From the NCBI GenBank assembly GCA_051294905.1, contig CM119372.1, forward strand, positions 19,594,001 to 19,658,000: DNA of 64,000 bases. Direction: 5' to 3'. The position numbers and the translations under genes were made by a program. This DNA comes from Botryllus schlosseri (lineage: Eukaryota). Below the pieces are notes generated by a model, which saw nothing but the letters and a program-made list of their open reading frames with translations, did no database searches and was not told the DNA's origin. Numbering within the stretch: the stretch's first letter is position 1; each line of letters starts with the position of its first letter. Positions 41,516 to 58,917 of the stretch are shown piece by piece.

Positions 41516-43135
41516 TCGTACGTTGGGACAGTGTCCAAAATGCACCCTATCTGACCAGCCCCAACTTCCTCGAAACTGAAATTTAGTGTGAAACCCTTTC
41601 TGAAAACCCCGAAATCGTTTCGCTCCGACAGTTATGACCCTATACGGGTGGCCTCAAGTAACCTAGTCACCAACCTAGAAATTTTCAACAATATCGTACG
41701 TTGGGACAGTGTCCAAAATGCACCCTATCTGACCAGCCCCAACTTCCTCGAAACTGAAATTTAGTGTGAAACCCTTTCTGAAAACCCCGAAATCGTTTCG
41801 CTCCGACAGTTATGACCCTATACGGGTGGCCTCAAGTACCCTAGTCACCCACCTAGAAATTTTCAACAATATTGTACGTTGGGACAGTGTCCAAAATGCA
41901 CCCTATCTGACCAGCCCCAACTTCCTCGAAACTGAAATTTAGTGTGAAACCCTTTCTGAAAACCCCGAAATCGTTTCGCTCCGACAGTTATGACCCTATA
42001 CGGGTGGCCTCAAGTACCCTAGTCACCCACCTAGAAATTTTCAACAATATTGTACGTTGGGACAGTGTCCAAAATGCACCCTATCTGACCAGCCCCAATT
42101 TCTTCAAAACTGAAATTTAGTGTGAAACCCTTTCTGAAAACCCCGAAATCGTTTCGCTCCGACAGTTATGACCCTATACGGGTGGCCTCTAGTATTCTAG
42201 TCACCCACCAAGAAATTTTCAACAATATCGTACGTAGGGACAGTGTCCAAAATGCACCTTATCTGACCAGCCCCAATTTCTTCAAAACTGAAATTTAGTG
42301 TGAAACCCTTTCTGAAAACCCCGAAATCGTTTCGCTCCGACAGTTATGACCCTATACGGGTGGCCTCTAGTATTCTAGTCACCCACCAAGAAATTTTCAA
42401 CAATATCGTACGTAGGGACAGTGTCCAAAATGCACCCTATCTGACCAGCCCCAACTTCCTCGAAACTGAAATTTAGTGTGAAACCCTTTCTGAAAACCCC
42501 GAAATCGTTTCGCTCCGACAGTTATGACCCTATACGGGGGGCCTCAAGTAACCTAGTCACCAACCTAGAAATTTTCAACAATATCGTACGTTGGGACAGT
42601 GTCCAAAATGCACCCTATTTGACCAGCCCCAACTTCCTCGAAACTGAAATTTAGTGTGAAACCCTTTCTGAAAACCCCGAAATCGTTTCGCTCCGACAGT
42701 TATGACCCTATACGGGTGGCCTCAAGTACCCTAGTCACCCACCTAGAAATTTTCAACAATATCGTACGTAGGGACAGTGTCCAAAATGCACCCTATCTGA
42801 CCAGCCCCAACTTCCTCGAAACTGAAATTTAGTGTGAAACCCTTTCTGAAAACCCCGAAATCGTTTCGCTCCGACAGTTATGACCCTATACGGGTGGCCT
42901 CAAGTACCCTAGTCACCCACCTAGAAATTTTCAACAATATTGTACGTTGGGACAGTGTCCAAAATGCACCCTATCTGACCAGCCCCAATTTCCTCGAAAC
43001 TGAAATTTAGTGTGAAACCCTTTCTGAAAACCCCGAAATCGTTTCGCTCCGACAGTTATGACCCTATACGGGTGACCTCAAGTACCCTAGTCACCCACCT
43101 AGAAATTTTCAACAATATCGTACGTTGGGACAGTG
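41516..43135 (+). repeat. 178-bp tandem array, left arm (9 units plus a partial)
   Basis: The motif T(T/A)GGGACAGTG recurs at 41523, 41701, 41879 ... 43125 with a period of 178. Confidence 0.95.
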
Positions 43136-43947
43136 CCCGTTCTTATCGTGTTAATTTACAAAACATTTCCAGCCTCATAATCTGGTAAAACTCATTATGA
43201 AACAGTTCGTACATTCGGTCGCAATGCTTTTCAACCTTAAGCAGATAAAATTTTGCTCTACGTTTTCTGATGAAGTTTCGTCGTCGCGATCTATTAATAA
43301 AAATATGTCGGACTTCGTCACCCCACGAAATTATTTTTTGAGTTTGAATTTTGAGTTGTTCGGAACAATCGGTCTTGACGGCTAGTTCGGAGTGGTTCCA
43401 TTGTTAAGCTCACATTTTAATTTGTGTTTTCATCATCATCATCATTGGTATATTGGCAATTTTATCAGTTCAATACACCAGTGCGATGCTAACTTCTGAT
43501 TAACACCAGTTGAATAAATTTGAGCTCTCTGGTCGCCAACTAAAAGACTACCATTTATACGCTGCTTTTAGCCGGCTGTTGTGTGCACTGTGCAGCCTCA
43601 TTTTGCCACCACCAAGTCGCTGCTACGCCACTGACCTTCACTATCACGTATTTCACCCAGGGGCGAATACACCATTTCTCCTCCAGAGTTGGGCTACACT
43701 ACATCCTCTCCTCCTAATTGTCATAGGGCCTACTGACTAAGTCTTGGCACTGACTACGACGTTGGATCTTGAAAAGAAGCTCGATACCTATATGCTTTTC
43801 TATTAATCGTCCTTAATTGCCTGTGAAACCCCAATTTAACGTAGGCGAAACCTGACTTTGCTTTAAATTTTATTCGTCAACAATAAAAACATAAGGTTGC
43901 AATGCGATAAAATTGAACAAACGTTGCAATCGGTTGCTCTGCTGAGA

Positions 43948-44178
43948 TAGGGTTACCATATTTTGGAAATCTGAAAAGAGGACACTTTTTCAAACAAGGT
44001 TAACTTTCCGGCCATCAGCTTCCGAAATAGCCGCCGGATCGTTACTTCAGTGCTTACTTACTATATTTCAGTCGAATTTTACCCTATATTTAACCAAAAA
44101 AAAGAGGACATTTGAGCGTCCTTCGAGGACACTTTCAAAAAAGTCAAAAAGTAGTACAAATCCTCTTGGGTAACCCTA
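43948..44178. mobile_element. hAT (Blackjack-like) MITE inside the foldback centre
   Basis: TIR TAGGGTTACC/GGTAACCCTA; perfect 8-bp TSD TGCTGAGA; AAGAGGACA subterminal motifs. Confidence 0.85.
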
Positions 44179-44236
44179 TGCTGAGAGAGCGCAACAGTGG
44201 CGCCACGGGAAGGCTTGCAACTTTGCCACCAAAAAT

Positions 44237-44348
44237 TAGCCCTGAAAAGGGCTGTTAGTGAAAAGGTAGCCCTGAAAAGGGCTGTTTATGAAAATGTAGC
44301 CCTGAAAAGGGCTGTTTGTGACAAGGTAGCCCTGAAAAGGGCTGTTTT
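44237..44348. repeat. 30-bp tandem repeat x4 with an internal palindrome
   Basis: TAGCCCTGAAAAGGGCTGTT followed by a variable 10 nt, four copies. Confidence 0.9.
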
Positions 44349-45664
44349 ACGACCGCCGCGCTGGGAGCTTTCGTACCAGTCGGCTATCAGATTACCAACC
44401 ACTTCACGCTGGATATTCATGGGCGATCCACTCTAGCAATCTATTGTAGACTTCCCAGCGGCCCCCGGTCAGTGAACGAAACCAAATTTCTGTCAAATGC
44501 GAGGGAAACAACGCAGGGTCTATAGTTCAGCTTATTAACAATTTCATTAAATCAATACAAAGCAGGATTGCGATATATTTTTAAAAAAAAACAGTACACC
44601 AATTAATGGCTATATAGCATATATGTCTTACGATTTCGTCCGCGAGATGTGCATGTGCATCCCACGTGCGGATGAATAATGATAATATGCCATTTTGAAC
44701 AGAGAGAGAGAGAGAGAGAGTCTTTATTTTGAACAAGCCAGCTGGACTTCATGAAAACGATATCCAAGTAGGGGCATCCTGATGAACTCCCATGTACGTG
44801 GCATCCAGATGACTGACTACCATGACATCCTCTGGAATATTCATTGGTGACGGGAATAGGAAGATTCTAAAAATTTCTTCCACTGGAAGTCACCTGGAGT
44901 TACATAACTGGACGTCCAATTTGTGACAAACTGAGCAAGTCCTCAGTAACTAACCTTGGGAGGTGGGACGAGTTGGAACAATTGTGGACATACCAGTAAA
45001 TCCATGGGATATCGGGTGTTTGCTGGGATAGTTATTGTGTAATGTGGTAGACTTTTGTGTTTGTGACTCACTGAAAATTAGCGAAGGCTTGTGGATTAGT
45101 GTACTCACTTTTTGATATCTGTAACTAAAACAAGAACTAGGCCTACTCCAATTTGCAAAATCAACAACTGGAACTAGAATTACAACTACTCAATTTTCAA
45201 AATCAGCAACTAGAACTAGAAGGTTCTTGGATGTGGGAGCGAAACAATTTCGGGGTTTTAAGAATGTAAACATGGAATGGCAACGACCGATTTTGCAGCC
45301 CTCCAAGTCTGAAACATCGGCATTGTCCGCACAATCGGAGACCCACAACGGGTCGTTGTTATGGTCATCGTTTTGCGATTATCCGATTGTTCTGAACAAT
45401 GCGCATTTCGAATGTTCAAAGCGATTTTTCGTCTAAGTCTAGTACCTGACCATATTTCAATTTATATTTTTGGAATCAGTGCAACAGTAGCTTTCGATCA
45501 AGACCAGACTCAGTAAATCCTGTGCTTGGAAGATAACTTTTGGATTGCCAGAAATCCTACAGTCGCTTACGCAAAACAATTCTGAAATACAGCCTCAGCG
45601 AAGCGGAACGAAGCTTCAAAATCGGTCGCTGCCATTCCATGTTTACATTCTATAGTTTTACGCT

Positions 45665-46980
45665 CAATTTCAGTTTTGTGGAAATTGGGGCTGGTCAGAT
45701 AGGGTGCATTTTGGACACTGTCCCAACGTACGATATTGTTGAAAATTTCTAGGTGGGTGACTAGGGTACTTGAGGTCACCCGTATAGGGTCATAACTGTC
45801 GGAGCGAAACGATTTCGGGGTTTTCAGAAAGGGTTTCACACTAAATTTCAGTTTCGAGGAAATTGGGGCTGGTCAGATAGGGTGCATTTTGGACACTGTC
45901 CCAACGTACAATATTGTTGAAAATTTCTAGGTGGGTGACTAGGGTACTTGAGGCCACCCGTATAGGGTCATAACTGTCGGAGCGAAACGATTTCGGGGTT
46001 TTCAGAAAGGGTTTCACACTAAATTTCAGTTTCGAGGAAGTTGGGGCTGGTCAGATAGGGTGCATTTTGGACACTGTCCCAACGTACAATATTGTTGAAA
46101 TTTTCTAGGTGGGTGACTAGGGTACTTGAGGCCACCCGTATAGGGTCATAACTGTCGGAGCGAAACGATTTCGGGGTTTTCAGAAAGGGTTTCACACTAA
46201 ATTTCAGTTTCGAGGAAGTTGGGGCTGGTCAGATAGGGTGCATTTTGGACACTGTCCCAACGTACGATATTGTTGAAAATTTCTAGGTTGGTGACTAGGT
46301 TACTTGAAGCCCCCCGTATAGGGTCATAACTGTCGGAGCGAAACGATTTCGGGGTTTTCAGAAAGGGTTTCACACTAAATTTCAGTTTCGAGGAAGTTGG
46401 GGCTGGTCAGATAGGGTGCATTTTGGACACTGTCCCTACGTACGATATTGTTGAAAATTTCTAGGTGGGTGACTAGGGTACTTGAGGCCACCCGTATAGG
46501 GTCATAACTGTCGGAGCGAAACGATTTCGGGGTTTTCAGAAAGGGTTTCACACTAAATTTCAGTTTCGAGGAAGTTGGGGCTGGTCAGATAGGGTGCATT
46601 TTGGACACTGTCCCAACGTACAATATTGTTGAAATTTTCTAGGTGGGTGACTAGGGTACTTGAGGCCACCCGTATAGGGTCATAACTGTCGGAGCGAAAC
46701 GATTTCGGGGTTTTCAGAAAGGGTTTCACACTAAATTTCAGTTTCGAGGAAGTTGGGGCTGGTCAGATAGGGTGCATTTTGGACACTGTCCCAACGTACA
46801 ATATTGTTGAAATTTTCTAGGTGGGTGACTAGGGTACTTGAGGCCACCCGTATAGGGTCATAACTGTCGGAGCGAAACGATTTCGGGGTTTTCAGAAAGG
46901 GTTTCACACTAAATTTCAGTTTCGAGGAAGTTGGTGCTGGTCAGATAGGGTGCATTTTGGACACTGTCCCAACGTACGAT
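45665..46980 (-). repeat. 178-bp tandem array, right arm (7 units plus a partial), inverted relative to the left arm
   Basis: The reverse-complement motif CACTGTCCC(A/T)A recurs with a period of 178 from about 45726 to 46972. Confidence 0.95.
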
Positions 46981-47199
46981 TTGGGCCCAGGGCTGAAAAC
47001 TACTGAATAGGGTTGTTATTTTGCAGTGGATAGATGTTTAGAAAAATGGTGGGATTTCGTGGCTTCTGCATGTGGCTTGGCCTGAACGTTTGATCCTGCG
47101 ATATGTTCGACTCATGTGATATTTCTGCTGGGATGCTTTAGTTGCGAATTTGAGATTTCGTGGCTGGAAATTTCGTGGCTGACTTCCCTTTGGTAACAA

Positions 47200-48627
47200 A
47201 TGACACTGGCGGAAGTAAAAGCTAGATTAGCCGAATGCAGTGCACACCTCAAGCAGTCGAAAGAACAGAAGGAGGACACAGGAATGCAACGCGCTCTCAC
47301 GGTAATAGCGGATCTGAAAATCAAAGCTGAAAAGTCTGACCTGACTACACGTACAGCTTTGTCTAAGGTAAAATTTGTGCATGATAGCAATAAATTAAAG
47401 AGAAACATTCTGTCCTATGGAAAACTTGAAACCTGCATTGATGCGAATGCTGAACATTCGTGGGATGTCGTTGAAGACAAAGATTGTGAATCGTATGTAT
47501 CTTACGAAGCATCAAGTGATTGCACAAAGCTGTGTTGCAAAAGCTCGAACGAAATCGAAGACATGGATTTTTTCTGTATTCATAGCGGCGAGGAATTTGA
47601 TGCGGAAGAGATAGATTTGAGTCAAGTGTGCAAGGCCAATGAATTATGCACTGCCGTTAGTGAGTGTGTGTGTGACATCCCGTGTGTCACTAATGGAACC
47701 AAAGCACAAACTACCGGGCTGAAAAACGCTGAAAAATATCACAAGAGAACTGCCTCACCATCAAAAACACCCGATGATTGCTTTGATATGCTCGAAAGTG
47801 AGGGTAACGACCCTTTACTTGAAATAAGGAAAGCTGTTAATGACATACTTTCACCGTCAAATACCATAGCATTTACCACTGCTAGTGCAAAAAATGCCGA
47901 GACCAATGAAACTGTTATGGATGGCTTGACCTTCAAATTACAAAGTATCCTGGATGGCAAAGATGTAATCGATAAATTCCCTGAATCAGTCGAATCGGAG
48001 AAGCTTGCTGAATCTGTGGAAGACGACAAAGTTAAGCCATGTGATGTGAGCCCCGTTAATTTAGCCCCGATTGAATGCTTGCATAACAAGATTCAAGGAA
48101 TTTTGGATGGAGCCATTGACACTGTCACTATGTGTGATAGTTCTATGGAAGTGGATGACAAGGAGAAATGTACTGTACAAGACCCTGTAAGGTCAACTGA
48201 TGGTAAATCTGAGAATATGCCAAGTTTCATCTCAGATCTAGCCTGTAAACTGCAAGGGATCTTCGACGGTACAATTCAACCGAAAACTGAAATTGATGAT
48301 ACAGGTCATGATACGTTCATGGATTTCAAGCAACAATCTATTGGTAGTGACCTACCCCATTCGAATGAAACCGAAAAATTTGCCGATATTGGTAGTCTTC
48401 ATCGTAAGCTACAGGATATTATCAGCATTGGCCTCCCAGAAGAGGTAAAAGTTGATCCTGTACCAGCAATGGTCAAGGATACTCTTGTCTCAGATCTACA
48501 TTCACGTCTCGTTGAAATCCTCGAGACTGAAGCTCCTCCAATGACTACTGAATCTGGTCGCATGATCATGGATCCTGATCCAATATCGGTTATCTCCAAT
48601 CAGATGCGGAGTCTTCTTTCAGACTAA
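47200..48627 (+). CDS. NCOA4: NCOA4/ARA70-like gene, 3' part (475 aa); the pre-insertion allele would be a 540-aa intronless ORF
   Basis: FVHDSNKLKRNILSYGKLET resembles the end of the ARA70 domain. The Cys cluster VCKANELCTAVSECVCDIPC matches recalled human [20 protein letters not shown]. The acidic tail carries a repeated amphipathic motif. Confidence 0.8.
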   Translation: MTLAEVKARLAECSAHLKQSKEQKEDTGMQRALTVIADLKIKAEKSDLTTRTALSKVKFVHDSNKLKRNILSYGKLETCIDANAEHSWDVVEDKDCESYVSYEASSDCTKLCCKSSNEIEDMDFFCIHSGEEFDAEEIDLSQVCKANELCTAVSECVCDIPCVTNGTKAQTTGLKNAEKYHKRTASPSKTPDDCFDMLESEGNDPLLEIRKAVNDILSPSNTIAFTTASAKNAETNETVMDGLTFKLQSILDGKDVIDKFPESVESEKLAESVEDDKVKPCDVSPVNLAPIECLHNKIQGILDGAIDTVTMCDSSMEVDDKEKCTVQDPVRSTDGKSENMPSFISDLACKLQGIFDGTIQPKTEIDDTGHDTFMDFKQQSIGSDLPHSNETEKFADIGSLHRKLQDIISIGLPEEVKVDPVPAMVKDTLVSDLHSRLVEILETEAPPMTTESGRMIMDPDPISVISNQMRSLLSD

Positions 48628-51030
48628 CTTTTATCACTTTTCATGGATTTTCATGCACATTGTAACATATCATGTACAGGTAAAGGTGAATTTTATGTGT
48701 AATCTTCTGAACATTGTAATATTTGTTGTATTATTTTTCTGTGATCTTGGCCAGACAATTGTATAGATAGTACGGGTATACGGTAGTGTAGGCCTATCAT
48801 TTGACTGACTTTTTATGCACACATGTACAGTAATAAATCTGATACCGTTGCCGGTGGTTTTACACCCGTTACATATGTGTTCTACATTAACTCCGTTATT
48901 TGCTAGAAATTTGATACAAAACGAATCTAGCGATAGTTGCCATATGCATTGGTTCGGTTCTATGTTTAAAATTACCTCTGGTAACTTCAAAATATTGCAT
49001 GGTACAAGTTTGTGCTATCGACCATAATAACTACATATCGAATAATTACTACCCGAATCGTCTATACATTGATGTTTCCATCTTGTTTGATTGTGCTCTT
49101 GTAAATCTGTACAAGTAATGTTGTGAATGGTATGCTATGAAATCTTTAATCCATGCAGATAGGAACTCTCTGCTATGAAATCTTGTTGGATCGCTTCCAA
49201 CGATATATTTTGCGCATTGGATGACTGTTTGATCTATAGTCCTGTGCATTGATGATTATGTATGGATTACTTGTAGCTGTTCGTTGACAAATCTGGAATG
49301 CCGTATAGGAATTTTTCAACCAGCCTTTAAGATTAGCCTACTGTGTGATGAGATTGCATGTGCCTTTATGCTTGTGATCATTTCATTTTTGATATACGTT
49401 GTCTCTGAGAAACAATCTCATTTCATGCTGGACCGTGTAATACAATATTGTAAATAATTTTCTTGCTTATGCGCAGCGTTTCTGTATCAAATATGCTGGT
49501 GTAAGTGTGTGGCAGAGCAGGATTTAAGTGGAATTTTTTGTGCATGGATAAAAATATTGGGCTAGTGAGCCGAGTGGAAAGGACAAATGATGCCCGATGT
49601 GATGACAAGTTTGGAAATGAAGTGCCCGAATCTTGCAGTGTGGAAGGGTAAGCGTTTTATAATGTATGGAAATTATGGTATCACAGGACTGAGAAAATCT
49701 TCAATTAATCCAATGTGGTCCAATGTCCGATGCTTCGTTTGTATTTGGATACTCTATTTAGGAAAACTTTTCATGGGTATAGAAGAAGGCAGTTACAGAT
49801 TCATTAAGCTTCTGTAAATATTACGATTTCACAGCTCTTTGCGATACAAATAATGCAGTACTTTGAACATCTACGTTGCATTTGACAAATGTTGTACTGG
49901 GAATAGTCTTCCTGTTTTGACATTGTTAGCGGTGTTTAGTTATAGAGTATTGATGCAGTCCCCACCTATATCAGTGACAGCCATGCATTTGCTACTGTAT
50001 TATAATATATTATTGTGCACCTATAGTTCTTTAGATTGTGGAATAACAGATTTAAGTCTTATTTCTGGGTTACAAATTACTTTGATCACTCCCTAGACAA
50101 TTTTACCGATGTCTCAAAAGTAAATGCATCCCAATATGGTAGAACTATGTTCCTTAGCTGCCTAATTTGTGTATCCGCCATGGCTTGTTTAATTGAATTG
50201 AAAATTTGTACACTCTAATAGACTCACTCACGGCAAAGAATCTGTCGTTGGAAGGAAGAGAGATCTTGAAAACAGTTCTCTGGTAGGTTGAGCTCAATAG
50301 CAGCCTATATTTATAGATTGCTGAGTCTATGCAAGTCTGACTGTGGTTTTCGTATATAATATGGGCTAATATGTGGCAACTGTAGTCAGAGGCCTTAGTT
50401 TGAAAAAATATTTCTTGAATCAATCATAAGCATCAAACTAGTATACAATCGCTTGTTCTTTAAAAATAATACAGTTCTCCTGGAATGCTGAATTGCTGAA
50501 TACTTTTTAGGAAAGTTTTTATGTTGCTGAAAGAAGCTCTCTAAACCCCAAGAGATGTAGGAAAGATGAACCAAGCCATGTAATCGCATGTGGTAAGATC
50601 AATTTGAGAATATTTGCGTTTAAATTTCGTGATGTTTTCCTGATGCGAGCGCGTTAATCAACTCTAACTTAATATATTCTAGTTTGTTTTCCATGAAATT
50701 TTGTGTTACATGACCCTGCATTAACTTGACCCTCTTGTTGGTAGGCCTACAGGAAAAGCGGTCAAGATGTTGTCATTCAAAGTCACACTCGATCAAAATA
50801 AGTGACAGTCTGGCACCTCGTGTTGTATATGGATCTGACCCTGAATGATCTTTGTGATCTGCATTAAGAGGTAGAAATAAAAATTTTGAAAAGTTATGCT
50901 ACGCAGGCATACTCCTCCATTCCTATATTCAAAGTTATTACCGTTTCCGCTTGGCATAATAGCCTATTAAACTGTGATCTTTCAAAAATAGTTTTTTGTG
51001 AAAAGATGTCTCCATTCGATCCTTTAAAAT

Positions 51031-51672
51031 ATGTTGAACATGCGCTTAAAAGTTGTCCTAGAACGTTGTGCAAAGTGCCTCCACATGCTCTCTATGTCGC
51101 TAACTTATCTTTTTGCAACAGGAAGGGAAATAAAATTTCGTAGAAGTAATCGGAAGGAGGAAACCACACCTTTATCGCAATATGATATCAAAAGTCAAAT
51201 ACCAGTGAAGCGCACTTTATCATCCGAGAACCAATGGAACATTCCAAAATGCAGCAAAATTGATTCCTCGTCAACCGGAAAAGACGGTCAGCATGCTACC
51301 ATACCATACAAAAGTTTGAAATTGGAAGGAAAGGATGTTAAAGGCGAAGTTTCACCCTCTAGGATTGCAAAGCAACAGCATCTACAGGCCAGTGAGCGAC
51401 GTGAGGCATCCTTGGCAGTTGAATACTCAGAGATTTCCAAACATGTTGGTGATGTGATTGATATGCTGGAACATAAAATGAAACGGATATTTCACAATGA
51501 TCCATCTTTTGAACGCGATGAAAAAGCTACTTCCTATTCTTATACTGAAGAGACAGTGCCCTGTCAATCCCTTGTTAAACTGCCTGAGATTAATGACATG
51601 ATTGTATCTCGCCAATGTGCTGACCCAATATTAGGGCTCTCTAATCGAATTAGGGAAATTTTATTGCAATGA
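51031..51672 (+). CDS. 213-aa ORF sharing the repeated motif of the NCOA4-like tail (partial paralog or alternative terminal exon)
   Basis: Long ORF in AT-rich DNA. VIDMLEHKMKRIF and the terminal DPILGLSNRIREILLQ* parallel the NCOA4-like repeats and its terminal DPISVISNQMRSLLSD*. A strong acceptor (TCTTTTTGCAACAG) ends at 51121. Confidence 0.5.
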   Translation: MLNMRLKVVLERCAKCLHMLSMSLTYLFATGREIKFRRSNRKEETTPLSQYDIKSQIPVKRTLSSENQWNIPKCSKIDSSSTGKDGQHATIPYKSLKLEGKDVKGEVSPSRIAKQQHLQASERREASLAVEYSEISKHVGDVIDMLEHKMKRIFHNDPSFERDEKATSYSYTEETVPCQSLVKLPEINDMIVSRQCADPILGLSNRIREILLQ

Positions 51673-51929
51673 CCGCAGCTGTTGTGACTTCATGATGTGT
51701 GTTTTTTAAGGAATAATGTGCTTCCAGCTGTTTTATGACTGGTATCTATCAAGTTCTATCACTCTTGTCCCATTATGTTTGTAAGGAAATCTATTATCTT
51801 TTATAATCGGTGTTCTAATTTGTGTAAAATTCATTTGCTCTATCTTTATTTATATTCTAGTTCAACAACTTCCAATTGGAACCTTTTACGACATTGTTCG
51901 CTTTTTATAGGCGTAACTTAGTATACTAG

Positions 51930-57995
<6,066 letters not shown>

Positions 57996-58917
57996 TCAAA
58001 TTGTTCATTCGGCAAATTCTGATTGATTTGGTTTTAGTCCTATTACGTCCTCTGCACACCCGGTAGCGAATGCGAGAAGTTCTGGTTTGTGCTCGTGTCA
58101 GAGTCGTGAGAATATCTGGAAAATGCTGCTGCTATTCGAAATATTTCTGCAACACGTTTAATAAAAAATGTTAAATACAAGATGAGATTTGCGAAAACAG
58201 GAGTGTGATCTGTTTCTGTAGTCGTTGCTAGTCGATCTGTCGCCGAATTTCAAGAGATAACATGTTTGCTGTAAGAGAGAGAGTCTTTATTTTCGTCAAA
58301 CCAAAATACATAACACACGGCAGTGGTTGTGGTACAGAAAATATGCATCCACGGTATTCGGTATTAGATAGGAATGATCGATAAGACCGTGACGGTCATC
58401 TAGTCTGATCACACCAGCATCAAACAGGTACACTTGACTCTAAACAGTCTGGCTATAAAAATGTTACGGTAGTTAAAAAAAATGAAATGAAAGAAAAATT
58501 AAACGATGGTAGCAAATGATCAATGAAGCAATGTCTGGGCGAGGTAGGGCAACAGTGTTAATGTAACGACAAGATGTAGTTCTCCAATATCGAAGATCTG
58601 TCGCAGGCGAAGCAGCTGTCGTATTGATTGAACCTTATCCACATCATTGTACGATGCATTATCCAAATTCCAAGTAGCCTCAGAAAACGAAACTAGCGAA
58701 AACAAATATGAAATTTCGAAAAAATGATATGGCTCCTTGAAGTTGGTGATTGACAGCAGTAACTTTTGACCTATGATCATCTGACTGCCGGGCTGAATCT
58801 GCGCTGTGTTGGCTCGGGACATCAAATAGGTGGAGCTGGGGACTTTGGTGTGATTCGTGTGAACAGAACAGAACTAGTTCAGTTGACTTCGATTCCTGTT
58901 GCTGTCAAGAATACGAT

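Larger units (their letters stand above)
41301..47194. mobile_element. Non-autonomous Foldback/Mutator-type DNA element, 5,894 bp, with long modular inverted arms
   Basis: Termini ACCAAAGGGAAGTCAGCCACG...CGTGGCTGACTTCCCTTTGGT. Perfect 9-bp TSD AACAAATGA at 41292-41300 and 47195-47203. About 215 bp of near-identical outer inverted repeat is followed by inverted arrays of a 178-bp unit. No transposase ORF is seen in the centre. Confidence 0.93.

Noticed and set aside
41516..43135. Regular array as a CRISPR locus
   Set aside because: Whole 178-bp units repeat with no unique spacers, there are no cas genes, and the context is eukaryotic.
41282..47230. Foldback element removed as a clean intron
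   Set aside because: The element ends are AC...GT, not GT...AG. The phase-0 donor-like GTAATG at 41282 has no in-frame AG among the nearest downstream candidates (47215, 47221, 47225, 47230).
47112..47408. Minus-strand ORF ending in the same peptide as 41102-41383
   Set aside because: The shared QREVSHEISSHEI tail is simply the inverted repeat read on the other strand.
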